Source of the DNA: Macrostomum lignano
Taxonomy: Eukaryota
Length of the DNA: 64,000 bases
NCBI GenBank assembly: GCA_002269645.1
Contig: NIVC01000137.1
Location: 559,339-623,338, forward strand
Reading direction: 5' to 3'
A model generated the notes under the pieces. That model made no database searches and was not told the DNA's origin. It saw nothing but the letters and a program-made list of their open reading frames with translations. Shown here one piece after another: positions 24,791 to 37,500 of the stretch; position 1 is the stretch's first letter; every line of letters starts with the position of its first letter. The translations under genes and the position numbers were made by a program.

Positions 24791-25589
24791 TATTACACCT
24801 GCTCCCAATGCTCAGATGTGTAACCGACAGCTCAGCCGCAGCTATTGTGCGGCTGGGTCGCCACACACACCCTCAATGGGGGGGGGCATCATAAACCCGA
24901 AAAATCATAACTCCGAAAGTTCTAGCAATGTCCAACACTATTTTGGTTTTCGGAGTTATGATATTTCAGGTTTATGATATTTCGGGTTTGTGATTTTTCG
25001 GGTTTATGATATTTCGGGTTTTTGATTTTTCGGGTTTCTGATATTTCGGGTTTGTGATTTTTCGGGTTTCTGATATTTCGGGTTTGTGATTTTTCGGGTT
25101 TCTGATATTTCGGGTTTGTGATTTTTCGGGTTTCTTATATTTCGGGTTTGTGATTTTTCGGGTTTATGATATTTCGGGTTTGTGATTTTTCGGGTTTATG
25201 ATATTTCGGGTTTGTGATTTTTCGGGTTTATGATATTTCGGGTTTATGATGGTTCGGGTTTGTGATATTTCGGGTTAGTGATTTTTCGGGTTTATGATAT
25301 TTCGGGTTAGTGATTTTTCGGGTTTATGATATTTCGGGTTAGTGATTTTTCGGGTTTATGATATTTCGGGTTTGTGATGGGAAGTGCTTTCGGAGTTGTG
25401 ATTTTTCGGGTTTATAATGGCGACCCCCCACAATTACCCCAGCAATTACCCATTTCACAGCTGGGTGAACTGAAGCAATTCAGAGTTAATTGTCTTGCTC
25501 AAGGACACAAATTGTTCTAAGTGGATCGAGATTCGAACCCCCGACCTTTCAGTCGTGAGTCAGACGATCTGACCACTAGGCTAAAACCC
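24791..25589 (-). mobile_element. CORE-like SINE copy on the minus strand, split by a MITE and carrying an internal deletion
   Basis: Reverse complement of the 42089 SINE: 3' part 24791-24876, 5' part with tRNA-like head (TAGCCTAGTGGTCAG...GGTTCGAATCTC) 25431-25589. Confidence 0.85.
24877..25430. mobile_element. Foldback-type MITE, 554 bp, with about 43-bp TIRs and internal 16-bp repeats
   Basis: Left TGGGGGGGGGCATCATAAACCCGAAAAATCATAACTCCGAAAG vs reverse-complemented right end TGGGGGGTCGCCATTATAAACCCGAAAAATCACAACTCCGAAAG. CAA is duplicated on both sides (24874-76, 25431-33); removing the insert restores the SINE sequence CCCTCAATTACCCC. Internal unit GAT(A/T)TTTCGGGTTT(A/G)T. Confidence 0.85.
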
Positions 25590-26110
25590 CATTCATTCAT
25601 ATGTACTCGTAATTAGAAAGTATTAAAAGATTCTTAGGCTAGTTTTAACAAAAGTAGACCATTTCAAACTAAGATGCACCAACAGCAGCTAATGGTTTTT
25701 AATTCATCTTAGGAGCCGAAATTAAAACCAAAGTAAATAAAATTTATCGCATCGAAACTGTGCAGCTTTCGATCATGCGACTTCAAGCAAATAATCTCTG
25801 CGAGCTTTAAGGTAAGAGAAAATCATCTTTATTTAGCTGCAGTGCGGACACAGCCATTAAAGAGGGCGCCACAAAAACACTGTTGAGAGCTTTGCGGGAG
25901 ATCCGGCAAGCGCGAAGAGCGGATACTTTCTTGTGAGCCCGCGAACAAAATTTTAGGAACTTGAAACCGCTGTGACTCATCCAGTGCATCACTCAGTTTG
26001 TGCAGAGGGACGCTGCTGTAATTCATTTTTTTCAGCCAGAAAAACTTGGCTGCTGAATCTGTTTATAACAATATAAGAACCGTTCTTGAATTGGTGCAGT
26101 GTGCACACGG

Positions 26111-26361
<251 letters not shown>

Positions 26362-27234
26362 ACAATGTCACAAGGACAGGCAGACACTGGGAAAGATGGA
26401 TACTGAGACAGACGCAGGGACACAGAAGTAGGCGAGGCAGACTAACGGACAGAATGATAGACAGGCACAAATACAGTCGTTCAGAGCCGCAACAAGCGTC
26501 TAAAGAAGTACCAATAGCCTGTGAGTGAGCGAATCAGTACAAAAAGAACTTTGATAATAGACGAATGGTCCAGTAGAGCTGGATATCCCTTCTGGCCAAC
26601 GTCCCTCGACTTTCGTCCTAAAATGATTTGGAATTTCCGCGCGTAAAAATCGAGAAAATACAGGCCAGCTAGCGCATTCATTCAGTTCAGGTGCGTTGCT
26701 GATGAAGAATGAAAATAAACTTGCAGAAAATATATGGCTTACACGGGGAACACCCGCTGTCAATATGGTCCCTATCTAATCATACGCTTCTCGTGATTTC
26801 TACGTTATCTACGAAGTTGATTTTTTTTTCAAATCAATCGACCAAACCGGATGGAGATTAAGTCTTCCGATAGCAGAACGGGTGCCTGCAGCCTGCAGTT
26901 TAAAGTCTTTGTTCGAATTTAGTGACGTAACAACGGGCTAGGGGGTCCGGCTGCTCCCCGACATTCAATGTGAAATCCACGTGTTCGAGTTGGCCTAATC
27001 GTAAATCAGTGTCTGCATGTGTGCATAAAATTCTTCACGAGAACTGTAATTGACATGTACAATGATATCGATTTGGGGCTGAGGTCGTTTTGCAGTAGCT
27101 ATGGGCATTTATGAAATATGGCCATGATTATTGGCTGTGATATCTTGATAAACTATACTCTTTGGCAAGACGGATTGTAGGTATTCACTCTGGATGGGAG
27201 CTCGTGCACAATTATCTAGTTTTCTTTAGTAATT

Positions 27235-30200
27235 TGTCTTTCCCAGTGTCTGCCTGTCCTTGTGTCTGTCTCAGTATCTGTCTTTCCCAGTGTCTGCCTG
27301 TCCTTGTGTCTGTCTCAGTATCTGTCTTCCCAGTGTCTGCCTGTCCTTGTGTCTGTCTCAGTATCTGTCTTTCCCAGTGTCTGCCTGTCCTTGTGTCTGT
27401 CTCAGTATCTGTCTTCCCAGTGTCTGCCTGTCCTTGTGTCTGTCTCAGTATCTGTCTTTCCCAGTGTCTGCCTGTCCTTGTGTCTGTCTCAGTATCTGTC
27501 TTTCCCAGTGTCTGCCTGTCCTTGTGTCTGTCTCAGTATCTGTCTTTCCCAGTGTCTGCCTGTCCTTGTGTCTGTCTCAGTATCTGTCTTTCCCAGTGTC
27601 TGCCTGTCCTTGTGTCTGTCTCAGTATCTGTCTTTCCCAGTGTCTGCCTGTCCTTGTGTCTGTCTCAGTATCTGTCTTTCCCAGTGTCTGCCTGTCCTTG
27701 TGTCTGTCTCAGTATCTGTCTTTCCCAGTGTCTGCCTGTCCTTGTGTCTGTCTCAGTATCTGTCTTTCCAGTGTCTGCCTGTCCTTGTGTCTGTCTCAGT
27801 ATCTGTCTTTCCAGTGTCTGCCTGTCCTTGTGTCTGTCTCAGTATCTGTCTTTCCAGTGTCTGCCTGTCCTTGTGTCTGTCTCAGTATCTGTCTTTCCCA
27901 GTGTCTGCCTGTCCTTGTGTCTGTCTCAGTATCTGTCTTTCCCAGTGTCTGCCTGTCCTTGTGTCTGTCTCAGTATCTGTCTTTCCCAGTGTCTGCCTGT
28001 CCTTGTGTCTGTCTCAGTATCTGTCTTTCCCAGTGTCTGCCTGTCCTTGTGTCTGTCTCAGTATCTGTCTTTCCCAGTGTCTGCCTGTCCTTGTGTCTGT
28101 CTCAGTATCTGTCTTTCCCAGTGTCTGCCTGTCCTTGTGTCTGTCTCAGTATCTGTCTTTCCCAGTGTCTGCCTGTCCTTGTGTCTGTCTCAGTATCTGT
28201 CTTTCCCAGTGTCTGCCTGTCCTTGTGTCTGTCTCAGTATCTGTCTTTCCCAGTGTCTGCCTGTCCTTGTGTCTGTCTCAGTATCTGTCTTCCCAGTGTC
28301 TGCCTGTCCTTGTGTCTGTCTCAGTATCTGTCTTTCCCAGTGTCTGCCTGTCCTTGTGTCTGTCTCAGTATCTGTCTTTCCCAGTGTCTGCCTGTCCTTG
28401 TGTCTGTCTCAGTATCTGTCTTTCCCAGTGTCTGCCTGTCCTTGTGTCTGTCTCAGTATCTGTCTTTCCAGTGTCTGCCTGTCCTTGTGTCTGTCTCAGT
28501 ATCTGTCTTTCCCAGTGTCTGCCTGTCCTTGTGTCTGTCTCAGTATCTGTCTTTCCCAGTGTCTGCCTGTCCTTGTGTCTGTCTCAGTATCTGTCTTTCC
28601 CAGTGTCTGCCTGTCCTTGTGTCTGTCTCAGTATCTGTCTTTCCCAGTGTCTGCCTGTCCTTGTGTCTGTCTCAGTATCTGTCTTTCCCAGTGTCTGCCT
28701 GTCCTTGTGTCTGTCTCAGTATCTGTCTTTCCCAGTGTCTGCCTGTCCTTGTGTCTGTCTCAGTATCTGTCTTTCCCAGTGTCTGCCTGTCCTTGTGTCT
28801 GTCTCAGTATCTGTCTTTCCCAGTGTCTGCCTGTCCTTGTGTCTGTCTCAGTATCTGTCTTTCCCAGTGTCTGCCTGTCCTTGTGTCTGTCTCAGTATCT
28901 GTCTTTCCCAGTGTCTGCCTGTCCTTGTGTCTGTCTCAGTATCTGTCTTTCCCAGTGTCTGCCTGTCCTTGTGTCTGTCTCAGTATCTGTCTTTCCCAGT
29001 GTCTGCCTGTCCTTGTGTCTGTCTCAGTATCTGTCTTTCCCAGTGTCTGCCTGTCCTTGTGTCTGTCTCAGTATCTGTCTTCCCAGTGTCTGCCTGTCCT
29101 TGTGTCTGTCTCAGTATCTGTCTTTCCCAGTGTCTGCCTGTCCTTGTGTCTGTCTCAGTATCTGTCTTTCCCAGTGTCTGCCTGTCCTTGTGTCTGTCTC
29201 AGTATCTGTCTTTCCCAGTGTCTGCCTGTCCTTGTGTCTGTCTCAGTATCTGTCTTTCCCAGTGTCTGCCTGTCCTTGTGTCTGTCTCAGTATCTGTCTT
29301 TCCCAGTGTCTGCCTGTCCTTGTGTCTGTCTCAGTATCTGTCTTTCCCAGTGTCTGCCTGTCCTTGTGTCTGTCTCAGTATCTGTCTTTCCCAGTGTCTG
29401 CCTGTCCTTGTGTCTGTCTCAGTATCTGTCTTTCCAGTGTCTGCCTGTCCTTGTGTCTGTCTCAGTATCTGTCTTTCCAGTGTCTGCCTGTCCTTGTGTC
29501 TGTCTCAGTATCTGTCTTTCCAGTGTCTGCCTGTCCTTGTGTCTGTCTCAGTATCTGTCTTTCCCAGTGTCTGCCTGTCCTTGTGTCTGTCTCAGTATCT
29601 GTCTTTCCCAGTGTCTGCCTGTCCTTGTGTCTGTCTCAGTATCTGTCTTTCCCAGTGTCTGCCTGTCCTTGTGTCTGTCTCAGTATCTGTCTTTCCCAGT
29701 GTCTGCCTGTCCTTGTGTCTGTCTCAGTATCTGTCTTTCCCAGTGTCTGCCTGTCCTTGTGTCTGTCTCAGTATCTGTCTTTCCCAGTGTCTGCCTGTCC
29801 TTGTGTCTGTCTCAGTATCTGTCTTTCCCAGTGTCTGCCTGTCCTTGTGTCTGTCTCAGTATCTGTCTTTCCCAGTGTCTGCCTGTCCTTGTGTCTGTCT
29901 CAGTATCTGTCTTTCCCAGTGTCTGCCTGTCCTTGTGTCTGTCTCAGTATCTGTCTTCCCAGTGTCTGCCTGTCCTTGTGTCTGTCTCAGTATCTGTCTT
30001 TCCCAGTGTCTGCCTGTCCTTGTGTCTGTCTCAGTATCTGTCTTTCCCAGTGTCTGCCTGTCCTTGTGTCTGTCTCAGTATCTGTCTTTCCCAGTGTCTG
30101 CCTGTCCTTGTGTCTGTCTCAGTATCTGTCTTTCCAGTGTCTGCCTGTCCTTGTGTCTGTCTCAGTATCTGTCTTTCCCAGTGTCTGCCTGTCCTTGTGT

Positions 30201-32463
30201 CTGTCTCAGTATCTGTCTTTCCCAGTGTCTGCCTGTCCTTGTGTCTGTCTCAGTATCTGTCTTTCCCAGTGTCTGCCTGTCCTTGTGTCTGTCTCAGTAT
30301 CTGTCTTTCCAGTGTCTGCCTGTCCTTGTGTCTGTCTCAGTATCTGTCTTTCCAGTGTCTGCCTGTCCTTGTGTCTGTCTCAGTATCTGTCTTTCCAGTG
30401 TCTGCCTGTCCTTGTGTCTGTCTCAGTATCTGTCTTTCCCAGTGTCTGCCTGTCCTTGTGTCTGTCTCAGTATCTGTCTTTCCCAGTGTCTGCCTGTCCT
30501 TGTGTCTGTCTCAGTATCTGTCTTTCCCAGTGTCTGCCTGTCCTTGTGTCTGTCTCAGTATCTGTCTTTCCCAGTGTCTGCCTGTCCTTGTGTCTGTCTC
30601 AGTATCTGTCTTTCCCAGTGTCTGCCTGTCCTTGTGTCTGTCTCAGTATCTGTCTTTCCCAGTGTCTGCCTGTCCTTGTGTCTGTCTCAGTATCTGTCTT
30701 TCCCAGTGTCTGCCTGTCCTTGTGTCTGTCTCAGTATCTGTCTTTCCCAGTGTCTGCCTGTCCTTGTGTCTGTCTCAGTATCTGTCTTTCCCAGTGTCTG
30801 CCTGTCCTTGTGTCTGTCTCAGTATCTGTCTTCCCAGTGTCTGCCTGTCCTTGTGTCTGTCTCAGTATCTGTCTTTCCCAGTGTCTGCCTGTCCTTGTGT
30901 CTGTCTCAGTATCTGTCTTTCCCAGTGTCTGCCTGTCCTTGTGTCTGTCTCAGTATCTGTCTTTCCCAGTGTCTGCCTGTCCTTGTGTCTGTCTCAGTAT
31001 CTGTCTTTCCCAGTGTCTGCCTGTCCTTGTGTCTGTCTCAGTATCTGTCTTTCCCAGTGTCTGCCTGTCCTTGTGTCTGTCTCAGTATCTGTCTTTCCCA
31101 GTGTCTGCCTGTCCTTGTGTCTGTCTCAGTATCTGTCTTTCCCAGTGTCTGCCTGTCCTTGTGTCTGTCTCAGTATCTGTCTTTCCCAGTGTCTGCCTGT
31201 CCTTGTGTCTGTCTCAGTATCTGTCTTTCCCAGTGTCTGCCTGTCCTTGTGTCTGTCTCAGTATCTGTCTTTCCCAGTGTCTGCCTGTCCTTGTGTCTGT
31301 CTCAGTATCTGTCTTTCCCAGTGTCTGCCTGTCCTTGTGTCTGTGTCAGTATCTGTCTTTCCCAGTGTCTGCCTGTCCTTGTGTCTGTCTCAGTATCTGT
31401 CTTTCCCAGTGTCTGCCTGTCCTTGTGTCTGTCTCAGTATCTGTCTTCCCAGTGTCTGCCTGTCCTTGTGTCTGTCTCAGTATCTGTCTTTCCCAGTGTC
31501 TGCCTGTCCTTGTGTCTGTCTCAGTATCTGTCTTTCCCAGTGTCTGCCTGTCCTTGTGTCTGTCTCAGTATCTGTCTTTCCCAGTGTCTGCCTGTCCTTG
31601 TGTCTGTCTCAGTATCTGTCTTTCCCAGTGTCTGCCTGTCCTTGTGTCTGTCTCAGTATCTGTCTTTCCCAGTGTCTGCCTGTCCTTGTGTCTGTCTCAG
31701 TATCTGTCTTCCCAGTGTCTGCCTGTCCTTGTGTCTGTCTCAGTATCTGTCTTTCCCAGTGTCTGCCTGTCCTTGTGTCTGTCTCAGTATCTGTCTTTCC
31801 CAGTGTCTGCCTGTCCTTGTGTCTGTCTCAGTATCTGTCTTCCCAGTGTCTGCCTGTCCTTGTGTCTGTCTCAGTATCTGTCTTTCCCAGTGTCTGCCTG
31901 TCCTTGTGTCTGTCTCAGTATCTGTCTTTCCCAGTGTCTGCCTGTCCTTGTGTCTGTCTCAGTATCTGTCTTTCCCAGTGTCTGCCTGTCCTTGTGTCTG
32001 TCTCAGTATCTGTCTTTCCCAGTGTCTGCCTGTCCTTGTGTCTGTCTCAGTATCTGTCTTCCCAGTGTCTGCCTGTCCTTGTGTCTGTCTCAGTATCTGT
32101 CTTCCCAGTGTCTGCCTGTCCTTGTGTCTGTCTCAGTATCTGTCTTTCCCAGTGTCTGCCTGTCCTAGTGTCTGTCTCAGTATCTGTCTTTCCCAGTGTC
32201 TGCCTGTCCTTGTGTCTGTCTCAGTATCTGTCTTCCCCAGTGTCTGCCTGTCCTTGTGTCTGTCTCAGTATCTGTCTTTCCCAGTGTCTGCCTGTCCTTG
32301 TGTCTGTCTCAGTATCTGTCTTTCCCAGTGTCTGCCTGTCCTTGTGTCTGTCTCAGTATCTGTCTTTCCCAGTGTCTGCCTGTCCTTGTGTCTGTCTCAG
32401 TATCTGTCTTTCCCAGTGTCTGCCTGTCCTTGTGTCTGTCTCATTATCTGTCTTTCCCAGTGT
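27235..32463. repeat. 44-bp satellite array, left arm
   Basis: Unit CCCAGTGTCTGCCTGTCCTTGTGTCTGTCTCAGTATCTGTCTTT, about 119 near-identical copies; source of the three 1668-1749 aa ORFs. Confidence 0.98.
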
Positions 32464-32981
32464 ACGCGAAGGCGTATTCAGCATGCCAGTGAAGTATGAG
32501 ACAGACTAGGCCCATGGGCTAAGGTCTGCGATGCTTCACGCCTGCCCCTATCTTCAGCAGGTCAAGGCTGGTGGGAGGTCTGCACCCTCTATTTGCCTCT
32601 GGCAGCCGCAGACCCCCCCCCCCACGCTGTCTCGCAAGTCGACCCAGGGTACTCGTCCCCGCGTGTGTTCAAGGCAGTCCCTAGGGCTGCTGGACAGACT
32701 GGGCTCCGGCGCTGGCGACCCTATCCAGTGGCTTCGGCCGAATTTGGGTATGCGGGTCTGGCTCGCCAACCTGCAGGCCGTGGTACTGCTCAACGTACTC
32801 TCTAATGCCTAAGGTGTTGACCGTGCCGATGGGCTGGAAGGCCGGGGAGTAGTCCGGTCGCAAGCGGTCCCCCTCCTGGTGTCGGGCCAGCCTTGAGGGT
32901 GCTATTGGCCTACTGCCCGGTCAGGTGGAGCGGCCGGGTGGGTACCGCGCCCCTTTGAGGGTAGCCCACCAACCTTTTATC

Positions 32982-34486
32982 ATGGCCTTCGAGCCGACTA
33001 TGGATAAACAAGCTATTTCTAGGGACGGGGACCCTTCTAAACCCCAACCTCAGTCCGAAGGACCGGCCGGCCCTGCTGGCAGATCCCAACCGACTGATTC
33101 AACTGTGGCAAAGGAAGGACCGGCTGGCTCTGCTGGCAGATCCGACCAGAGCTACCAAACTCAAAATACCCTAAGACCTGCCAGCTCCGCTGGTGGATCT
33201 AAGGGAACCGCGAGCTCTGAGCCTAAAGGACCGGCCAAATCTGGCAGATCCGATGAAGCTCAGCGGGCTCGGCTTGAGCGCAAACGCGCTAAACAACGCG
33301 CCAAAAGGCAGGCCAAGAAGGGAGCTGCGGGGGCCAAAGCGGCGGCGTCCACCATGGATGCTGAAGCGACTGGAGTCCCAAGGCAACCAGGCGGGCCGGC
33401 CGGTGGAAGCTCCAGTAGTTCAGCGGCGGCGCTCCCTGGAGCTGCTGCCGCGGCTGCTGAGGCCGAAACCACGGCGCAACAAATGGCCACTGCCAACAAG
33501 GAGGTTCCTTCGGGAGCTACCTTTGCGGCGAAGGCCAAGGCCAAAATCCCGGGAGTGATCATCCAAGGTCGCGACCAGGACTGGACCACTGATCAGCTTC
33601 AAAAAGTGTGGAGTGCTGTTGACTCCTATCTGATTGAGCTGACTGTCGAGGAGGGAATCTCCATCGGCGTTGAGCGGATGGTGCTGCGAAGCACATTCGT
33701 TCTTATTGCTCCTAGCAGCGAGGAGGACGCTCGGCGGCTGCTCCAGCGGCTACCGACGGTCTCCTTGGATGCTGACCTTGGTGGAGCTCTTTTTCTTCGC
33801 GAGGGCCAGCGTCCAAAGACGATACCCTATGTGGTTTTCGTCCCTGCTAAGAGCACCGCAGCTGGACCAGACGTTATTCGCCGGGTCCTACTGCGTCTGA
33901 ACCCCGACCTCCCTGCTAGTGGACTGGTGTATCACCGCAAAGTCCGCAGGGGGGAGACGGGCAACTCAATTGTCCTCGGCCTTTCCAGCACTTGGGCGAG
34001 TCGGTACCCTAATGGATCCTCTTTCCAGCTGGGTGCCCTCAAGCTCAAGTTGCGCCGAGGAAAGTCTGCCAAAGGGAAGGCTACTGCCAACCCCGGCATC
34101 TCCGGCAAGAGCGGGGCGCAGTCTAAGGCCCAAGGAAAGGCGCAAGCCGATCCCAAAGCCAAAGCTGCATCTCGCCCCTCTGCTAGCAGCAGTTCGGCGA
34201 CCGCGGTAACGGCTCCGGCCGAGCCCCGGGAACCAAACCTGCCAGTCGGAGAAGGAGTTGAGGACGAGGCCGGGTCTTCGGAATCCGAGCTCTCCTCGGC
34301 CACCTTGGTGGGGTCTGAAGGTAAAGATGCAGGTGAGGAAGCTTCCTCCATCCTGTCATCGGAGCCTGAGGACTCTGCTGGGGGGCCGGTGGGGGTGAGG
34401 AGGCCATGGACGTCGACCAACTCCCATCTCCCAGTCAAGCCCCAGCGGCCTGGGACGAGGACGATCTGTTGTCCAAGTCTCCTTGA
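32982..34486 (+). CDS. LINE ORF1 (basic/Ala-rich gag-like, Loa-type, no CCHC knuckle); one apparent 1-bp deletion in the G-run 34380-34385
   Basis: Basic KRAKQRAKRQAKK segment; core VIRRVLLRLNPDLPASG...NSIVLGLS resembles Loa ORF1 from memory. Adding one G gives the acidic tail GGGEEAMDVD...EDDLLSKSP* (501 aa). Confidence 0.75.
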
Positions 34487-34525
34487 TGGCCCTGGGCTCT
34501 AGCCAGATATTGCATTTAATACAGT

Positions 34526-37500
34526 ATGACTAAGCTCCACGCTGCCAAAGGAGCGACATTCTGTCTGCAAATAAATTTACAGCATTGCGTATCTGCGTCA
34601 GTAAATCTGATGAAGATTGCTGAGCTGTACAGGCCAGGCCTCATCCTGATCCAGGAACCCTGGATGCGCAACGGTAAGTTGCCCAACATTCCCTCTGGCT
34701 ACTCTGATTTTTATGTGTGTGGCCCGGGGAACAGCCGCCCTAGAGCGGCTATCCTCGCTGCTAGCCATCTCCAGGCTTGGCTGAGGACTGATCTCTCTGA
34801 TGGAGACCTTTGCGTCATCCAATCTAATCATTTCTCTCCGCGTACGTGTCTTGTTGCCTCGGTTTATATCCCAGGCGACAGAGACCCTGCTCCCGAGAGT
34901 TTACTGCGCCTTGCGCAGTACTGCGAGTCCCAGAACGCTGAGCTGTGCTTAGGGGGCGACCTCAACGCGCACCACAAGCACTGGGGCAGCAAAGATACCA
35001 ACACTAGAGGAGAGGAGCTTCTGGCCCTCATCTCTAACACAAACCTCATGCTCTGCAACCGCGGCAGCACTCCTACCTTTAATAATGGCAGATGGACCGA
35101 GGTCCTCGACGCCACACTCGTTACCCCAAGACTCTTTGACAGAGTCAAGGAGTGGAGAGTCTGGTCTGAGGAGCCCTCCCTGTCTGACCACTGCTTTATC
35201 GCCTTTAATATCGCGGACACTAAAACCCAGTCTCCGATCACTTGGAGACGCAATATCCGCAACACTGATTGGGCGGCCTACAAGGCTGCCCTTGATCTGC
35301 ACCTGCAGGAACTCACGGACTTACGTCCGATTGAGACCTGCGAGGATGTGGATCATATGGCTGAGACGCTGACAGGTTGCATTATTGCAGCCTACGAAGC
35401 GGCTTGTCCTGCTCGCGCCTACAGAGGCAAGACCTCGGCGCCGTGGTGGAACCCGGAGCTGGGGAAACTCAGGCGGAAGGCCAAAAGCCTTCATCGCCGT
35501 GCCATGAAGACCGGAAACCCGGAGGACATGGAGCTTTTCCGGCAAGCCTCCCGCAATTTCAAATCTGAAGTGCGCAAGGCCAAGGAATGTAAGTGGCGCC
35601 AATTCTGCAATGAATTGGATCAAGACAGACCTACTTCTAGGCTTGTCAAGGCCCTTACAATGGACAAAATGTCCAAATTAGCCATGATAAAAAAGATGAT
35701 GGCTCTCTTACTAAAGACCCTGAAGAAGTGCTTCAGCATATGCTTAGCACATTCTTCCCGAGGGTACCTACTGCTAGACCGGAGCCCAACCATTCGATGG
35801 ATGGAGCCACCCTAGCGGCGGGCATTGTCACTGAAGACCTAATCGCTCGTGCGGTCAGAACCTTCAAACCCTTCAAATCTCCTGGACCTGATGGTATCTA
35901 CCCTGTTCTCCTTCGTGAAGCAGCCAAGATACCCTCGTTCCTGAGACTCACCCGCAATCTTATGCGGGCCTCTATCCAGCTGGGATACGTTCCCAAAAGC
36001 TGGACTGAAGCTCGAGTAGTCTTTATTCCCAAACCTGGGAAGGGTGACTACCAAAGCGTCAAGGCCTTCCGGCCAATTAGCTTAACGTCAGCAATGCTTA
36101 AGCTCACTGAGAGGCTTATTCTCTGGCGGCTGCTCTCCTGCGAGCTGACAGCGATGCCCCTCAGCAATAATCAGCACGCCTTCCGTACCGGGAGGTCGAC
36201 TGACAGCGCCCTGCATGCGATTGTCGAAAAGATTGAACGGGCGGTACTGGGTGACGGTTACGCCCTGGCTCTCTTTCTTGACATTGTTGGCGCCTTCGAC
36301 AACGTTATCTTTGAAGCGTTTCAGAGGGCCCTTCAAAATCGCAAAGCTCATGCTACCCTCATACGGTGGATCATGTACATGATCTCCAACCGTACGGTCA
36401 CTGCCCAACTTCTTGGGCAAACTGCCTCCACCAGAGTCTGTAAGGGTGGACCCCAAGGCGGAGTCCTCACCCCGACGCTCTGGAACCTGGTCATGGACGC
36501 TCTTCTGAGTGACTCCCGACCTGACCCCGTCTTCAAAGTCGGGTATGCTGATGACGTCACGGCCATTGTGGCAGGACCGTCTCCCAGCACGCTCAGGGAT
36601 CTGATGCAGAGCTTTATCCGCAAAGCAGAATCCTGGGCCAATGACAATGGTTTGGAACTCTCTGAGCCCAAAACCGTTGCCATTATGTTTACCAGCAGAC
36701 TACGCTGGAACATACGTCCTCTGCAGCTCTACGGCAGAGATATTGCCTTCGCGCACCAGACCAGATGTCTCGGGGTCACACTTGACCACCGGCTCAACTG
36801 GTCCTTCCACGTGAAAGCAAAAGCTAAGCGTGCCTCAGCCATCCTGGCCCAGCTCCGACGAGCACTTGGCACTTCTTGGGGTCTATCCCCAAAGCGGCTT
36901 TGGTGGATCTATACTTCCGTAGTTAGACCTGCCATTACGTACGCCTCTGTTGTCTGGGTTAGCGCTACCCAGGTCAAAAGCCATGCAGACCTGCTCAACA
37001 CGATCCAAGGCAGAGCGTGTAGGCTCATCTGCAACGCCACCAGGTCCACGCCCTTTGCTGGCATGGGGGCCTTTCTTAATCTTCCGCCTCTTGACCTCTT
37101 CATCAGGGGTGAGGCGGCTAGAACGACGCGGCGTCTAATTGATGCCGGCGTCAAATTCATTTACATGAGAGCACCTGCTAAGCGGAACCTTGTCCCGCAT
37201 AGCGATCTGTGCCTCAACTTTCTCAACGAGTGTCAGGCCAATCGCGTCTTCACCGATGGCATTGCCTCAACGCTCAACCTGAGACAGCGCTACTCCGTAG
37301 CTATCGACTCGCGCGATAACATCAATGACCATTGGAACCCTGGTGAGCTTCATTGCTACACCGACGGTTCTAAGCAGTCAGCCAACACCGGCTTTGGTGT
37401 TGGAATCTTTCTGAACGGGAGGGTCATCGCTACCCACGCTCAATACACTGGGGTCAACTCCAGTGTTTTCCAAAATGAAGTTCTGGCCATCAGCTCCTGC

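Noticed and set aside
27162-32509. Three ORFs of 1668-1749 aa
   Set aside because: All three frames give the same 44-aa cycle because the 44-bp unit has no stop on this strand; a satellite artefact.
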